Shown here one piece after another: positions 29,102-39,181 of a stretch of 64,000 nt of DNA. The notes beneath the pieces are model-generated. The model searched no databases. It had not been told where the DNA came from and worked only from the letters and a program-made list of their open reading frames with translations. The DNA is from a bacterium (GTDB taxonomy: Bacteria; UBA10199; 2-02-FULL-44-16; JAAZCA01), in the NCBI GenBank assembly GCA_963674695.2, contig CAXXGI010000003.1:672001-736000 (forward strand), in the 5' to 3' direction. The first letter of the stretch is position 1; every line of letters starts with the position of its first letter. The position numbers and the translations under genes were made by a program.

Positions 29102-29806
29102 TTACGAGTCACGGCCTTTAAACCCGATTTCCGCATCGGAGTGGCGAATATAGTTGGGAATGAGCCCAGCCAGATCATCGCCCTGCCCGCGCGAGAGGCG
29201 CTCGTGTGCGAGAATGGCAAGGTTCACCGCCTGCGGAAGGAGCGCACTGCCCGAAAGGATATGGGCGCGCGTGCCCAGCCCCTTCGTCAACTGATCGCCG
29301 TAAGCGATTGTCCCATCGCCGACGAGGAAGAGATCTCCTTCGACCGTCGCAAGTTTTTCGATGAGGACATCGGGTGGCAGCACGCATTCGCCGAGTCGCT
29401 CGACGAGCCCCCCCGACAGGAGCGGCGTAAAGGCCGCGGCATAGAGTTCACCACGGCGCGCGTCGATGAGCGGAACGACGCTGCCGGAAACAGCGGGCGC
29501 ATTGAGCGCGAGGCTCGCCAACGACGAGACGCCCGCAATCGGAATGCGAAGCGCCAGCGCCATGCCCTTGGCCGCGCCCAGACCGATGCGCAGACCCGTG
29601 AACGACCCCGGGCCGATGGCGACGGCAATCCCTTCGATATCGGTGCGATTCCAGCCGGCCACGCCCAGCAGATGTTCGATCGTCCCCATCAACCGTTCGG
29701 CCTGTGTACCGGGAACGCCCTGCTGCTCCTGCGCAACGAGATCAGCACCCTCGGAGAGGGCGACCGAGCCGCGCATGGATGTGGTGTCGATGGAGAGAAG
29801 TTTCAT
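29102..29806 (-). CDS. tsaB: tRNA threonylcarbamoyladenosine biosynthesis protein TsaB
   Basis: LLSIDTT, GPGSFTGLRIG, IDARRGELY, PNYIR. Confidence 0.95.
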   Translation of the reverse strand: MKLLSIDTTSMRGSVALSEGADLVAQEQQGVPGTQAERLMGTIEHLLGVAGWNRTDIEGIAVAIGPGSFTGLRIGLGAAKGMALALRIPIAGVSSLASLALNAPAVSGSVVPLIDARRGELYAAAFTPLLSGGLVERLGECVLPPDVLIEKLATVEGDLFLVGDGTIAYGDQLTKGLGTRAHILSGSALLPQAVNLAILAHERLSRGQGDDLAGLIPNYIRHSDAEIGFKGRDS

Positions 29807-29812
29807 AATTCG

Positions 29813-29956
29813 TTAGATGGTGAGATAGTGAGATAGCGAGATGGCTTAATGGCTTAATCGTTAGATCGTGAGATGGCTAAATGGCGTGATGGCTCAAACG
29901 AAAAACCATCTCACGATTTTGCTATCTCACCATCTCACTACCTCACGATCTCACTA
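29813..29956. repeat. Head-to-head degenerate octamer arrays (TGAGATGG / CCATCTCA)
   Basis: About 10 units of TGAGATRG-like followed by about 6 inverted units. Confidence 0.85.
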
Positions 29957-31300
29957 AAATAATCCTTTAATCCATGTCCCCACGCCCCAGACTTTTTCCA
30001 TGTCACTCATGGTGACGAGGATCATGATGCCCATCAGAAGAAAGAAACCGACCTGCGTGGCGATTCCACGCACGCGCACCGAAACGGGCTTGCGCCGGAC
30101 GGCCTCGATCGCGAGGAAGAAGAGGTGCCCGCCGTCGAGCACCGGGATCGGCAACAGGTTGAGGATCGAGAGCTGCAGGCTCAAGAATGCCAGAAAATAG
30201 AGGAAGTCGGCCAGGCCTGAAGCCGCTGCCGCCGCGGTCGTCTTGGCGATGATGATCGGGCCGCCGATCACCTTAAAGGAGAGGTTGAAAGTGACGAGTC
30301 GCTTGAGGACATCGAAGGTCAGTCCTAGGAGTTTGATATTTTCACGCTCGCCGGCGACGATCGATTCGACAAAACCATAGCGACGGACCGTCATCGGCAT
30401 ATTCTGATTGCGATCCTTCGTAATGCCGATGAGATAACGCTTCATCGCCTCGTCGTATTGCGGCGTCACCCGAAGGTCGAGGCGCTTCCCGTCACGCTCG
30501 ACGGTGATCGTCGCCTCTTTCCCCTCGCCCTGGGTCACCTTCTGCGACATGTCGAGCCAATCGGTGACGGGATGGCCCGCATAGGCCAGAATGCGATCGC
30601 CGGACTCGATGCCGGCCGCTGCCGCAGCCCCCCCACCCTGCACGCTGCCCACGATCGCTTCGTTGCCGATGAAGAGCATCGGCTCGATGCCGACATATCC
30701 GCCCGGAAGCTCCGCAAGATTGCCCACGACCGTCTTGATCTGCACCGTTTGTCCGTGGCGATCGACGCCGACGTCGATGGTGCGCCCGGGATTGAGCAGA
30801 ATACGATTGAGCACTGCCTCCCAGTCATCAACCTTCTCGCCATCGACGTTTACGATCAGGTCGCCCTTTTCCAGCCCCGCATCCATCGCCGGCGATTCGG
30901 CGCGAACACCGATGAGGCGTGCCGGCTCCTGCAGGAATGTGGGCTCGCTGCGACCGATCATGAAGACCATCGGCATGAGCACGACGGCCAGGATGAGATT
31001 CATGAGCGGTCCGAAGATGACGACTTTGAAGCGTGCCCAGACGCTCTGCATCGCAAAGGATCGCGGATCATTCGCTTCCTCGTCCTCCGGATCCTCCCCG
31101 AGCATCTTCACATAGCCGCCCAGAGGAAGGAGCGAGATGCGATAGTCGGTATCGCCGCGCTTGATGCCGAAGAGCCTCGGCCCGAAACCGAGCGAAAAAG
31201 CCTCGACCTTAATCCCCGCGCGCTTGGCCAAAATGAAATGGCCCAACTCATGGATGAAGATGAGAAATCCGAGGGCGATAAAGAAATAGATAATGGTCAT
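29954..31300 (-). CDS. rseP: RIP metalloprotease RseP with PDZ domains
   Basis: HELGH, PLGGYVKM, GPLMN, NLLPIPVLDGG. Confidence 0.96.
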   Translation of the reverse strand: MTIIYFFIALGFLIFIHELGHFILAKRAGIKVEAFSLGFGPRLFGIKRGDTDYRISLLPLGGYVKMLGEDPEDEEANDPRSFAMQSVWARFKVVIFGPLMNLILAVVLMPMVFMIGRSEPTFLQEPARLIGVRAESPAMDAGLEKGDLIVNVDGEKVDDWEAVLNRILLNPGRTIDVGVDRHGQTVQIKTVVGNLAELPGGYVGIEPMLFIGNEAIVGSVQGGGAAAAAGIESGDRILAYAGHPVTDWLDMSQKVTQGEGKEATITVERDGKRLDLRVTPQYDEAMKRYLIGITKDRNQNMPMTVRRYGFVESIVAGERENIKLLGLTFDVLKRLVTFNLSFKVIGGPIIIAKTTAAAAASGLADFLYFLAFLSLQLSILNLLPIPVLDGGHLFFLAIEAVRRKPVSVRVRGIATQVGFFLLMGIMILVTMSDMEKVWGVGTWIKGLF

Positions 31301-31307
31301 GAAATGA

Positions 31308-31377
31308 ATGTCATTCTGAGCGAAGCGAAGAATCCCATGAGCATTTCTGGAGATCCTTCGCTGCGCTCAGGATGACA
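31308..31377. repeat. GTCA-type REP doublet
   Basis: TGTCATTCTGAGCGAAGCGAAGAATC...GATCCTTCGCTGCGCTCAGGATGACA. Confidence 0.88.
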
Positions 31378-31402
31378 ACCCCCCTAGAGTTATGAAATAC
31401 TT

Positions 31403-32560
31403 CTACTGTTTCTTCTCCAATTTATCGCGCACACATCCCCGCGCCCAGCGATCGACATCGAGAATCTCGGCGACATCGGTCAATTCACGCGGGTCGTGCT
31501 GTTGCATCGTCTCCTCGACCAGACGCGCAATGTCGAGAAAACCGCAGCGCTCTTCGAGGAATGCCGCGACGGCCACTTCGTTGGCGGCATTGAGCACGGC
31601 CGGCATGGAACGCCCAATCTCGAGTGCTGTGTACGCGAGACTGAGCGCCGGAAAGCGCTCCCGGTCCGGTTCTTCAAAGGTGAGCTGCCCGATCTCGGCC
31701 AGATTCAAGCGTTCGACTCCGCTGGCCACGCGCTCGGGCCAGGCGATGGCATAGGCGATCGGGGCACGCATATCCGGCACGCCCATCTGCGCCAACACAC
31801 AACCATCCCGATATTCCACCATGGAATGCACGATGCTCTGCGGATGCACGACGACGTCGATATGCGCAGGTGCCATATCGAAGAGCCAGCGCGCTTCGAT
31901 CACCTCGAGCCCCTTGTTCATGAGCGTGGCCGAATCAATCGTAATCTTGGCGCCCATGTCCCACTTCGGATGTTTGAGCGCCGCAGCGGGAGTCGTGGCC
32001 GCCATCTCTTCGACGCTCGCGCGCAGGTAGGGACCGCCCGATGCGGTGAGCAACAGACGCACGACATCATCCTTGCCATGACCTGCCAACGACTGATGAA
32101 TGGCCGAGTGTTCGCTGTCGATCGGCAGAATGGTCACGCCCTTCTCTTTCGCGCGTTTGGAAACCAGGGCCCCTGCAACGACCATGGTCTCTTTATTCGC
32201 CAGCGCAATATCTCGACCGGCATCGATGGCGGCGATGGTGGGCTCAAGACCCGCGGCACCGACGATGGCGGAAACCACCGTATCGGCATCGGCCTCGGTC
32301 GCCACACGCGTGGCCCCTTCGATGCCACAGCAGATCTCGGGGCGATGCTCTCCCAGCATCCCGGAAAGCTGCACCTTCGCCTCTTCATTCCGCACCGAGA
32401 CGATCGCGGGTCGGAACTGCTCGATCTGCTGGGCAAGCCCCTTTACGTCGTGGCCCTCGGCGAGACCGGTCACACAAAAGCGATCCGGATGACGGGCCAC
32501 GACATCGAGCGTACTCTGCCCGATGGAACCCGTGCTGCCGAGGATGGCGAGTTTTTTCAT
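31403..32560 (-). CDS. dxr: 1-deoxy-D-xylulose-5-phosphate reductoisomerase
   Basis: [49 protein letters not shown]. Confidence 0.97.
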   Translation of the reverse strand: MKKLAILGSTGSIGQSTLDVVARHPDRFCVTGLAEGHDVKGLAQQIEQFRPAIVSVRNEEAKVQLSGMLGEHRPEICCGIEGATRVATEADADTVVSAIVGAAGLEPTIAAIDAGRDIALANKETMVVAGALVSKRAKEKGVTILPIDSEHSAIHQSLAGHGKDDVVRLLLTASGGPYLRASVEEMAATTPAAALKHPKWDMGAKITIDSATLMNKGLEVIEARWLFDMAPAHIDVVVHPQSIVHSMVEYRDGCVLAQMGVPDMRAPIAYAIAWPERVASGVERLNLAEIGQLTFEEPDRERFPALSLAYTALEIGRSMPAVLNAANEVAVAAFLEERCGFLDIARLVEETMQQHDPRELTDVAEILDVDRWARGCVRDKLEKKQ

Positions 32561-32570
32561 GTATAACCCC

Positions 32571-32605
32571 GTTCGATGGTTCGATAGTCCGACAGTTCGA
32601 TGGTT
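32571..32605. repeat. Short octamer array (GTTCGATG-like, 4 units)
   Basis: GTTCGATG GTTCGATA GTCCGACA GTTCGATG. Confidence 0.7.
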
Positions 32606-33405
32606 CAAAATCCAAACACATACACCGCATACGCAAAGGCGGCGGGACCGGTGAAGATCAGGGCGTCGAGCCGATCGAGCACGCCGCCGTGTCCGGGGAT
32701 GATCGTTCCCGAGTCCTTCACCCCCGCGCTGCGCTTGAGCATGGATTCAACCAGATCCCCGAAGGGCGAAACGATCCAGATCATCAGCGCAAACCCAACC
32801 GTCACCATGATACCGAGATCGGGCAACAAAATCGTGCGAACCAAGAAGGTCCCAACCAGCGCGCCGACGAGCGCGCCCAGGAACCCCTCGAACGTCTTGT
32901 TCGGGCTCACCATCGGCGCAAAGCGATGGCGCCCACATGTTTTTCCCGCCAGATACGCAAAGGTGTCGCAGAGACAGGCCGGGGCCAACGTCATCAGGAC
33001 CAGCTCACGCCCATGGGCCAGTTCGCGCAACCACCCCCAACAGGGAAAGGCCACGCCCAACATCATGACCCCCAAAACCGCCAAGCCCAGCCGATCGGCT
33101 GAACGGTCAAGCGTTTTGGAGCGCGCCATGATGACGAGCGAGAGCGCAAACGTCGCGCCCACCACCGCGAGAAGGATGATCTCATTCGAAACCGGAACCA
33201 GGAGCATGAGAAGAGCGATGATCGCCCCGATGATGAGGAGGGCGAACCGTTCCACACGGTCGTGCAGAAACATCCGCGCAAATTCCATGAGGCCCATCAC
33301 GGCAACGATCAGAATGAAGAGCTGCAGCGAAATGAGCGGGAGCCACCAAACACCAGCGACGACCCCAACCCCGAGCAGGATGGCGGTGATCACGCGTTTC
33401 ATCAT
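32605..33405 (-). CDS. cdsA: Phosphatidate cytidylyltransferase
   Basis: [44 protein letters not shown]. Confidence 0.96.
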   Translation of the reverse strand: MMKRVITAILLGVGVVAGVWWLPLISLQLFILIVAVMGLMEFARMFLHDRVERFALLIIGAIIALLMLLVPVSNEIILLAVVGATFALSLVIMARSKTLDRSADRLGLAVLGVMMLGVAFPCWGWLRELAHGRELVLMTLAPACLCDTFAYLAGKTCGRHRFAPMVSPNKTFEGFLGALVGALVGTFLVRTILLPDLGIMVTVGFALMIWIVSPFGDLVESMLKRSAGVKDSGTIIPGHGGVLDRLDALIFTGPAAFAYAVYVFGF

Positions 33406-34106
33406 TTTCCCTTCATCTGAGCGCTGGTTCGGCCGAAGCGGCGTTCGCGTTCGATGTAGGAGGCGATCGCCTCTTCCAGCTTTTCTTCATCGAAATCCGG
33501 CCAAGGAACGGGCGAGAAATAGAGCTCGGCATAGGCCAACTGCCAGAGCAGGAAGTTGCTGACGCGAAACTCACCGCTGGTCCGAATGAGCAGGTCCGGA
33601 TCGGGAATGCCGACCGTATCGAGCTCCTGCGAAAATTGCTCCGGCGTGACCTCGATCATCCCCTTTTCGATCACGCGGCCAACCGCACGACAGATCTCCT
33701 GCCGACCACCGTAGGAGAGCGCGACGATGAGCGTCATGTGATCGCCGTTCCGGGTGGCCTCTTCCGTGGCCATAAGCTCTGAGCGCACCTCCGGCGGAAG
33801 GCGATCGAGATCGCCGATGGCCCGAAAGCTCGTGCGCTTTTCGATGAGACGCTTGCGCTTGCTGGCGAGGAAATGACGCAGCAGCTGCATGAGCGCAACG
33901 ACCTCGTCGGAGGGGCGATTCCAGTTCTCTTCGGAGAAGGCATAGAGCGTGAGATAGCGGATACCACGATCGTGGCAGGCATCGACGATGCGCTCGATCA
34001 TCTCGGCACCGCGCCGATGTCCTTCGGCACGCGCAAGCCCCTGCTCCTGGGCCCAGCGTCCGTTGCCGTCCATGATGATGGCGATATGTTTGGGAACACG
34101 TTTCAT
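33402..34106 (-). CDS. uppS: Undecaprenyl diphosphate synthase
   Basis: HIAIIMDGNGRWA, YAFSEENW, DLLIRTSGEFRVSNFLLWQ. Confidence 0.97.
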   Translation of the reverse strand: MKRVPKHIAIIMDGNGRWAQEQGLARAEGHRRGAEMIERIVDACHDRGIRYLTLYAFSEENWNRPSDEVVALMQLLRHFLASKRKRLIEKRTSFRAIGDLDRLPPEVRSELMATEEATRNGDHMTLIVALSYGGRQEICRAVGRVIEKGMIEVTPEQFSQELDTVGIPDPDLLIRTSGEFRVSNFLLWQLAYAELYFSPVPWPDFDEEKLEEAIASYIERERRFGRTSAQMKGK

Positions 34107-34117
34107 AGTATGAGGTC

Positions 34118-34212
34118 TGTCATTCCCCGAAACGTCGGGCATGTCATTCCCGCGAAAGCGGGAATCTCGCCATTTACAGCATATCGAGATCCCCGCTTTC
34201 GCGGGGATGACA
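34118..34212. repeat. GTCA-type REP cluster
   Basis: TGTCATTCCCGCGAAAGCGGGAATCTCG...CGAGATCCCCGCTTTCGCGGGGATGACA plus a truncated unit. Confidence 0.88.
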
Positions 34213-34217
34213 ACCAT

Positions 34218-34775
34218 TCAGACTTCCATGATGTCTTTCTCTTTATGCTCGAGGGCCGTGTCGATCTCTTTGATGAAATTATCGGTCATCTTCTGAATCT
34301 GTTCGTGCCCCTTGCGCTCTTCGTCTTCGGTGATCGTACTGTCCTTCTTGAGCGTCTTGAGCTCGTCGTTCACATCGCGCCGCACGTTGCGCACGGCAAT
34401 CTTGCAGTCCTCGCCGTGCTTGCGCATCACCCGCACCAGTTCTCTGCGCCGCTCTTCGTTGAGCGGCGGAATGGGCAGACGGACGACGCGACCGTCGCTG
34501 GTGGGATTGAGCCCCAGATCAGCCTTGAGGATTGCCTTTTCGATTCCGGCAATCGCACTCCCATCCCAGGGCTGAATCGCGATGGTGCGCGGATCGGGCA
34601 CAGAGAGTGTGGCCATCTGCGCCAGCGGCGTCATCGTGCCATAATAGTCGACGCGCACGTCATCCAGGATAGAAAGCGATGCCCGGCCCGTGCGCATCTT
34701 CGACAACTCGCGGCGCAGCGCCTCCATCGCCTTCTCCATCTTCTCTTTCGTCGCCTCATAGATCAGATTATCCAT
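34218..34775 (-). CDS. frr: Ribosome recycling factor
   Basis: RTGRAS, VDYYG, LGLNP, PPLNEERR. Confidence 0.97.
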   Translation of the reverse strand: MDNLIYEATKEKMEKAMEALRRELSKMRTGRASLSILDDVRVDYYGTMTPLAQMATLSVPDPRTIAIQPWDGSAIAGIEKAILKADLGLNPTSDGRVVRLPIPPLNEERRRELVRVMRKHGEDCKIAVRNVRRDVNDELKTLKKDSTITEDEERKGHEQIQKMTDNFIKEIDTALEHKEKDIMEV

Positions 34776-35487
34776 TGACCACCGTCCCGAGGTTAGCTCC
34801 CATCACCACCTTCTCGAGGTTTCCCTCTTTGAAGACGTCGAAGACAACGATGGGGAGGTTATGTCCCATGCACATAGAGATCGCCGTCGCATCCATGACT
34901 TTGAGATCTTTTCCCAAGACATCGAGGTAGGTGAGCGTATCATAACGCTTTGCGTTCTTATCTTTCACCGGATCGGCCGAATAGATGCCATCGACCTTCG
35001 TGGCTTTCAGCAGCACGTCGGCGCCAATTTCAAGCGCGCGCAACGACGCCGCGGTATCGGTGGAAAAGAAGGGATTTCCGGTGCCACCGCCGAAGACAAC
35101 CACACGCCCCTTGCTCAAGTGATTGAGCGCTCGACGGCGATCGAATCGCTCGGCCACACCCTCGAGATTGCGCGAGGTCATGACCGAGGCCGGCATGCCG
35201 GCGCTGTCGAAAGCTGACTGAAGCCCCAGGCTATTCATGACGGTGGCGAGCATTCCCATCGTATCGGCCTGAACCTGATCGATGGCACCCGCAGCGGAAG
35301 CCGTCGCCCCACGGTAGATATTACCCGCGCCGATGACCAGCCCCACCTGCACGCCCGCATCGACGATCGGCTTGATTTCGGCGACGATATGGCTCGCCGA
35401 TTTCATGCAGATGCCCGACGCAGCCCCTTCCGGCAAAAGCGCTTCACCGGAGAGTTTGAGCAGAATGCGGTGATATTTTGGTGGCAT
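34768..35487 (-). CDS. pyrH: Uridylate kinase
   Basis: LLKLSGEAL, GMLATVMN, GNPFFSTD, KVMDATA. Confidence 0.97.
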   Translation of the reverse strand: MPPKYHRILLKLSGEALLPEGAASGICMKSASHIVAEIKPIVDAGVQVGLVIGAGNIYRGATASAAGAIDQVQADTMGMLATVMNSLGLQSAFDSAGMPASVMTSRNLEGVAERFDRRRALNHLSKGRVVVFGGGTGNPFFSTDTAASLRALEIGADVLLKATKVDGIYSADPVKDKNAKRYDTLTYLDVLGKDLKVMDATAISMCMGHNLPIVVFDVFKEGNLEKVVMGANLGTVVNG

Positions 35488-35524
35488 GCATCCCCCTTCC
35501 ACCGACAAAGACATTACTGGAGCT

Positions 35525-35596
35525 TGTCATTCCCGCGAAAGCGGGAATCTCGATTGAAGCCTTTACATCGGGATCCCCGTTTCCACGGGGATGACA
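35525..35596. repeat. GTCA-type REP doublet
   Basis: TGTCATTCCCGCGAAAGCGGGAATC...GATCCCCGTTTCCACGGGGATGACA. Confidence 0.88.
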
Positions 35597-35620
35597 CTCC
35601 TCTATTTGCCCTGAACCTGA

Positions 35621-36478
35621 TTATTCCACGCCTTCGCCGACCTGCAAGCGATGAAATGCACCGATGCGGATGGAATCATCGATCTTCTTGAGCCAAGCGC
35701 CGACGCTCGCCTTTCCATCAGGATCGCGAACATAGAGCTGGTCTTCCAAGCAGACCTCGGTGAAGAACTTGCTGAGCTTGCCCGTGACGATCTTTTCGAG
35801 AATTTCCGGTGGTTTCTTCGTATCGGCCATCTGGGCCTTGATGATCTCTCGCTCTTTGGCGAGCACCGTCTCGGAGATCTCGTCGCGCCGCACGAACTGC
35901 GGTTGCATGGCCGCCACGTGCATGGCGATCTCGCGCGCGGTGTTCTCATCGAGCTTTCCGTTCGGGTCGTCGTAGCAAACCACGACGCCGATTTTCGAAC
36001 CTGCGTGAATATACTGCGCGAGTTTTTGTCCGTCATTTGCCGCAACGCGCACGAAGCGCCGAACGCCGAGGTTCTCACCGATCTTGGCGACCACAGCAAT
36101 CTGCTCCTCCTGCACGGTATGATCACCGAGAGGAGCCGCCATCATAGCATCGAGATCCGCAGGGGAGCTCTCGCGCACGACGTTCGTCATATTCTGCACG
36201 AACTGCTGAAAGTCCTCGGTCTTCGTCACGAAGTCGGTCTCGCAGTTCACCTCGACGAGCACCGCGAGCTTGCCGTCGTCGCTGAGTTCATAGCCAATCA
36301 GACCGTCGGCGGCCTTGCGCCCCGACTTCTTGGCGGCCGTGGCCACGCCCTTCTTGCGCAGAAACTCGAGGGCCTCTTCCATGTCGCCACTCGTCTCCTT
36401 TAACGCTGTTTTACAATCCATCATACCCGCGCCCGTCTTCTCGCGCAGCTCTTTGACCATTGAAGATGTGATACTCAT
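35621..36478 (-). CDS. tsf: Translation elongation factor Ts
   Basis: VKELREKTGAGMMDCK, EVNCETDFV. Confidence 0.98.
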   Translation of the reverse strand: MSITSSMVKELREKTGAGMMDCKTALKETSGDMEEALEFLRKKGVATAAKKSGRKAADGLIGYELSDDGKLAVLVEVNCETDFVTKTEDFQQFVQNMTNVVRESSPADLDAMMAAPLGDHTVQEEQIAVVAKIGENLGVRRFVRVAANDGQKLAQYIHAGSKIGVVVCYDDPNGKLDENTAREIAMHVAAMQPQFVRRDEISETVLAKEREIIKAQMADTKKPPEILEKIVTGKLSKFFTEVCLEDQLYVRDPDGKASVGAWLKKIDDSIRIGAFHRLQVGEGVE

Positions 36479-36534
36479 GGAACCTTCCTCCTTCGAAGTG
36501 ATGAGGTTAAAAAAGTTTATTCGCCAACTTACGA

Positions 36535-36605
36535 TGTCATTCCCGCGTAGGCGGGAATCTCGCTTTTAATGACACACCGAGATCCCCGCTTCCGCGGGGA
36601 TGACA
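36535..36605. repeat. GTCA-type REP doublet
   Basis: TGTCATTCCCGCGTAGGCGGGAATC...GATCCCCGCTTCCGCGGGGATGACA. Confidence 0.88.
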
Positions 36606-36657
36606 AAGCCAAGGTTTATAATGCCATTCTCAAACGCCCGTGCTCGCTACGGAAGAC

Positions 36658-37575
36658 CTATTCCGCCTTTGCCTCTTCGGCTTCATTCTCTTCCGGAACC
36701 TCGGCCTTGGCGCTGGCAAACTGCTCGGCCTCGGTGTCGGAGACAGCTGCGGCTTCCTGCTCGCCACGACGTCCACCGATCCAGGCACGGCCCTTCCCTC
36801 CGATTTTCTGTTCGCGCACGGCCGGGCCCTTCGAAACGCCCTCGCCTTCCTTGGCCCGCATGGCATCCGACTCGCGCAGCGACGCTTCGCGACGCTTGGA
36901 GCCCTCTTCGCACGCATCAGCCATGAGCCCCACGAAATACTGGATGGAGCGAATCGCGTCGTCATTTCCGGCGATCGGGTAATCGATGCCGTCCGGATCG
37001 CAGTTGGTGTCGATGAGGGCGACGATCGGAATACCGAGCTTCCTCGCCTCGAGCTTGGCAATGCCTTCGGAACCCGGATCGACGATGAAGAGCGCGCCAG
37101 GGGTCTTCGTCATTTCCTTGATGCCGCCGAGTGAATGCTCGAGCTTATTGATCTGACGTTCAACCTTCAGCCCTTCCTTCTTGGTGAGCTTCTCGATCTC
37201 GCCGCTCTCCTTCTTGGCATAGAGGTTCATCAAGCGATCGATCGACTGCTTGATCGTCTTAAAGTTGGTGAGCATCCCGCCCAGCCAACGGTTGGTGACA
37301 TAGTACTGCTTGCAGCGCTGTGCCTCTTCCTCGATGATGTCGTGCGCTTGCTTCTTCGTGCCGACAAAGAGGACCGAGTTGCCCAACGCAACCGTGTCGG
37401 CGATGAAGGTGTAGGCACGTTCGGCTTGCTTGCTCGTCTGGTCCAGATCGATGATATGGATACCATCACGGGAGGTGAAGATGAACGGACGCATCTTCGG
37501 ATTCCAACGACGGGTCTGATGCCCAAAATGGACGCCCGCTTCCAGCAGTTCCTTCACATTGACTTGCGGTGACAT
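36658..37575 (-). CDS. rpsB: 30S ribosomal protein S2 with acidic C-terminal extension
   Basis: [38 protein letters not shown]. Confidence 0.98.
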   Translation of the reverse strand: MSPQVNVKELLEAGVHFGHQTRRWNPKMRPFIFTSRDGIHIIDLDQTSKQAERAYTFIADTVALGNSVLFVGTKKQAHDIIEEEAQRCKQYYVTNRWLGGMLTNFKTIKQSIDRLMNLYAKKESGEIEKLTKKEGLKVERQINKLEHSLGGIKEMTKTPGALFIVDPGSEGIAKLEARKLGIPIVALIDTNCDPDGIDYPIAGNDDAIRSIQYFVGLMADACEEGSKRREASLRESDAMRAKEGEGVSKGPAVREQKIGGKGRAWIGGRRGEQEAAAVSDTEAEQFASAKAEVPEENEAEEAKAE

Positions 37576-37589
37576 AAACTTCTCCTTTG

Positions 37590-37710
37590 GTTTGAACCGA
37601 TAGATCTCCCACAACCGACGCGTCATCCCAGGGCTCATTCCGAAGGTTGGCGATGCCGGAACCAAATGAGGGAGCTTTTCGGAATTTCCAGGCAAAGCGT
37701 GTGCAACCAA
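37590..37710 (-). promoter_or_regulatory. Probable rpsB (S2) autoregulatory leader
   Basis: Long 5' UTR with GCACAC at the 5' side and TGTGGGAG near the 3' side, resembling S2-leader architecture; not folded computationally. Confidence 0.5.
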
Positions 37711-37823
37711 CTGCCCGGATTAGTTACGAAAATCGCGTGCGGCAGTACCATGCACCCGAGGCGGATGCAATAGAAAAGGCTAGTTTTCTCTGGTGAGCAT
37801 CTCTACAAAAGTTGCTCATTGAT

Positions 37824-37899
37824 TGTCATCCCCGAGTGGGGTAATCGGGGATCTCGATGGCCCGTAACAATCGAGATTCCCGTTTTCACGGGAATGACA
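37824..37899. repeat. GTCA-type REP doublet
   Basis: TGTCATCCCCGAGTGGGGTAATCGGGGATCTCG...CGAGATTCCCGTTTTCACGGGAATGACA. Confidence 0.88.
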
Positions 37900-37919
37900 C
37901 CATTACGGAAGGGATCAGC

Positions 37920-38834
37920 ATGGGGGCAACTATGCAACTCATTGTTATTACATCCTTTTTCATCATCACCACCCTCCTCCCGCTCCACGGGGCCCTTGCC
38001 CAGGGAAAGGCGCCGCAGATCGAAATGCTCCCCGCAGTTCCGGCGACGAAGGCCCCGGAAAAACCGCCGATCGTGGCGGAGCCCAAGACCGCGGCGAAAG
38101 CGGCTCCGCGCGCTCCGGAGAAGAAGGCCGCACCTGCGCTCGATGCCAAGCGCGACCTGCGCCTCTATCGGAAATCGGGCCACCGCTCGAAGGAGTGGAA
38201 TGACCTGATCGCACCGGCCTTTGATTCCTTCGACAGTGAGAATTATGCGACGGCTTACGTCTTTCTCAAGCGGGCCTACGATCGTGGCTGCCGCGACGCA
38301 CTCGTCCTCTTCCGCTACGGGCTCTACCTGGAGTCAAAGGGAAACATGAAGGAAGCGGCGCAACTCCTCTTGGAATCAGCGGAAAAGATGAAGGAGCAAT
38401 ATCCAGGCCATCCGCTCGTCACACAGATCCACCAACATGCCGGCCGCGCGGCTTTTCAGGTCGACGATCTCGAGGGAGCGCTCCCCCACCTGCAAAAGGC
38501 ACTCGAAGTCGAGCCGGACGACTTCATGCTCCTGTTCATGGCCGGCCAGATCCTGCGCAAAGCCAAGCGCCCACAGGAGGCCTATGCCCTCTTCCTCAAG
38601 GCCAAGGACCTCGCCCCGCCGGAGAGCGATGACACCAATCCGAAGCTCGCCCTCCTGGGAGAACTGATGGCGACCGCTTTCGAGCTGGAGGATTTCAAGA
38701 CCGTCGATGCCTACGCCGATGAGATCCTGCTCATGGACCCCCTGAATGCCGCCGCCCGCGCCTATAAGAACATCCTCCTGAAGCAGCGCTACAAACAGCG
38801 CGAGCACGACATCATTGAAAAGATAGTGAGATAG
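37920..38834 (+). CDS. Exported tetratricopeptide repeat protein
   Basis: Signal peptide ending ALA-Q, P/A/K-rich linker, TPR-like helices (ALPHLQKALEVEPDD); start may be 37932. Confidence 0.82.
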   Translation: MGATMQLIVITSFFIITTLLPLHGALAQGKAPQIEMLPAVPATKAPEKPPIVAEPKTAAKAAPRAPEKKAAPALDAKRDLRLYRKSGHRSKEWNDLIAPAFDSFDSENYATAYVFLKRAYDRGCRDALVLFRYGLYLESKGNMKEAAQLLLESAEKMKEQYPGHPLVTQIHQHAGRAAFQVDDLEGALPHLQKALEVEPDDFMLLFMAGQILRKAKRPQEAYALFLKAKDLAPPESDDTNPKLALLGELMATAFELEDFKTVDAYADEILLMDPLNAAARAYKNILLKQRYKQREHDIIEKIVR

Positions 38835-39093
38835 TGAGATGGTGAGATGGCTGAATCGTGAGATGGTGAGATGGCGAAAGAGCCTGTCATTCCCGCGAAA
38901 GCGGGAATCTCGATGAGGACGGAACATCGAGATCCCCTTTTTCACGGGGATGACAATGCCTGGGCCATCACGCCATTCAGCTATCTCACGATCTAACGAT
39001 CCAGCCATCTCACCATCCCACGATTTTGCCATCTCACGATTTCGCCATCTCACGATCTTGCCATCTCACCATCTCGCCATTCAGCCATCCCAC
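38821..39093. repeat. Head-to-head octamer arrays with a REP doublet at the centre
   Basis: (TGAGATGG)n at 38821-38878, REP at 38885-38955, (CCATCTCA)n about 16 units at 38966-39093. Confidence 0.88.
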
Positions 39094-39181
39094 CAGAGAC
39101 AAAAAACGGCCCCGGAGGCGATATGCCAACCGGGGCCAATGGGGGAGTCTTCTTCTTTACGTCCCTATACCCTCACATCTC

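Noticed and set aside
38821-39093. Possible CRISPR array, also considered at 29813-29956 and 19664-19858
   Set aside because: Units are 8-nt tandem repeats or long REP elements without unique spacers of regular length; no cas genes in the window
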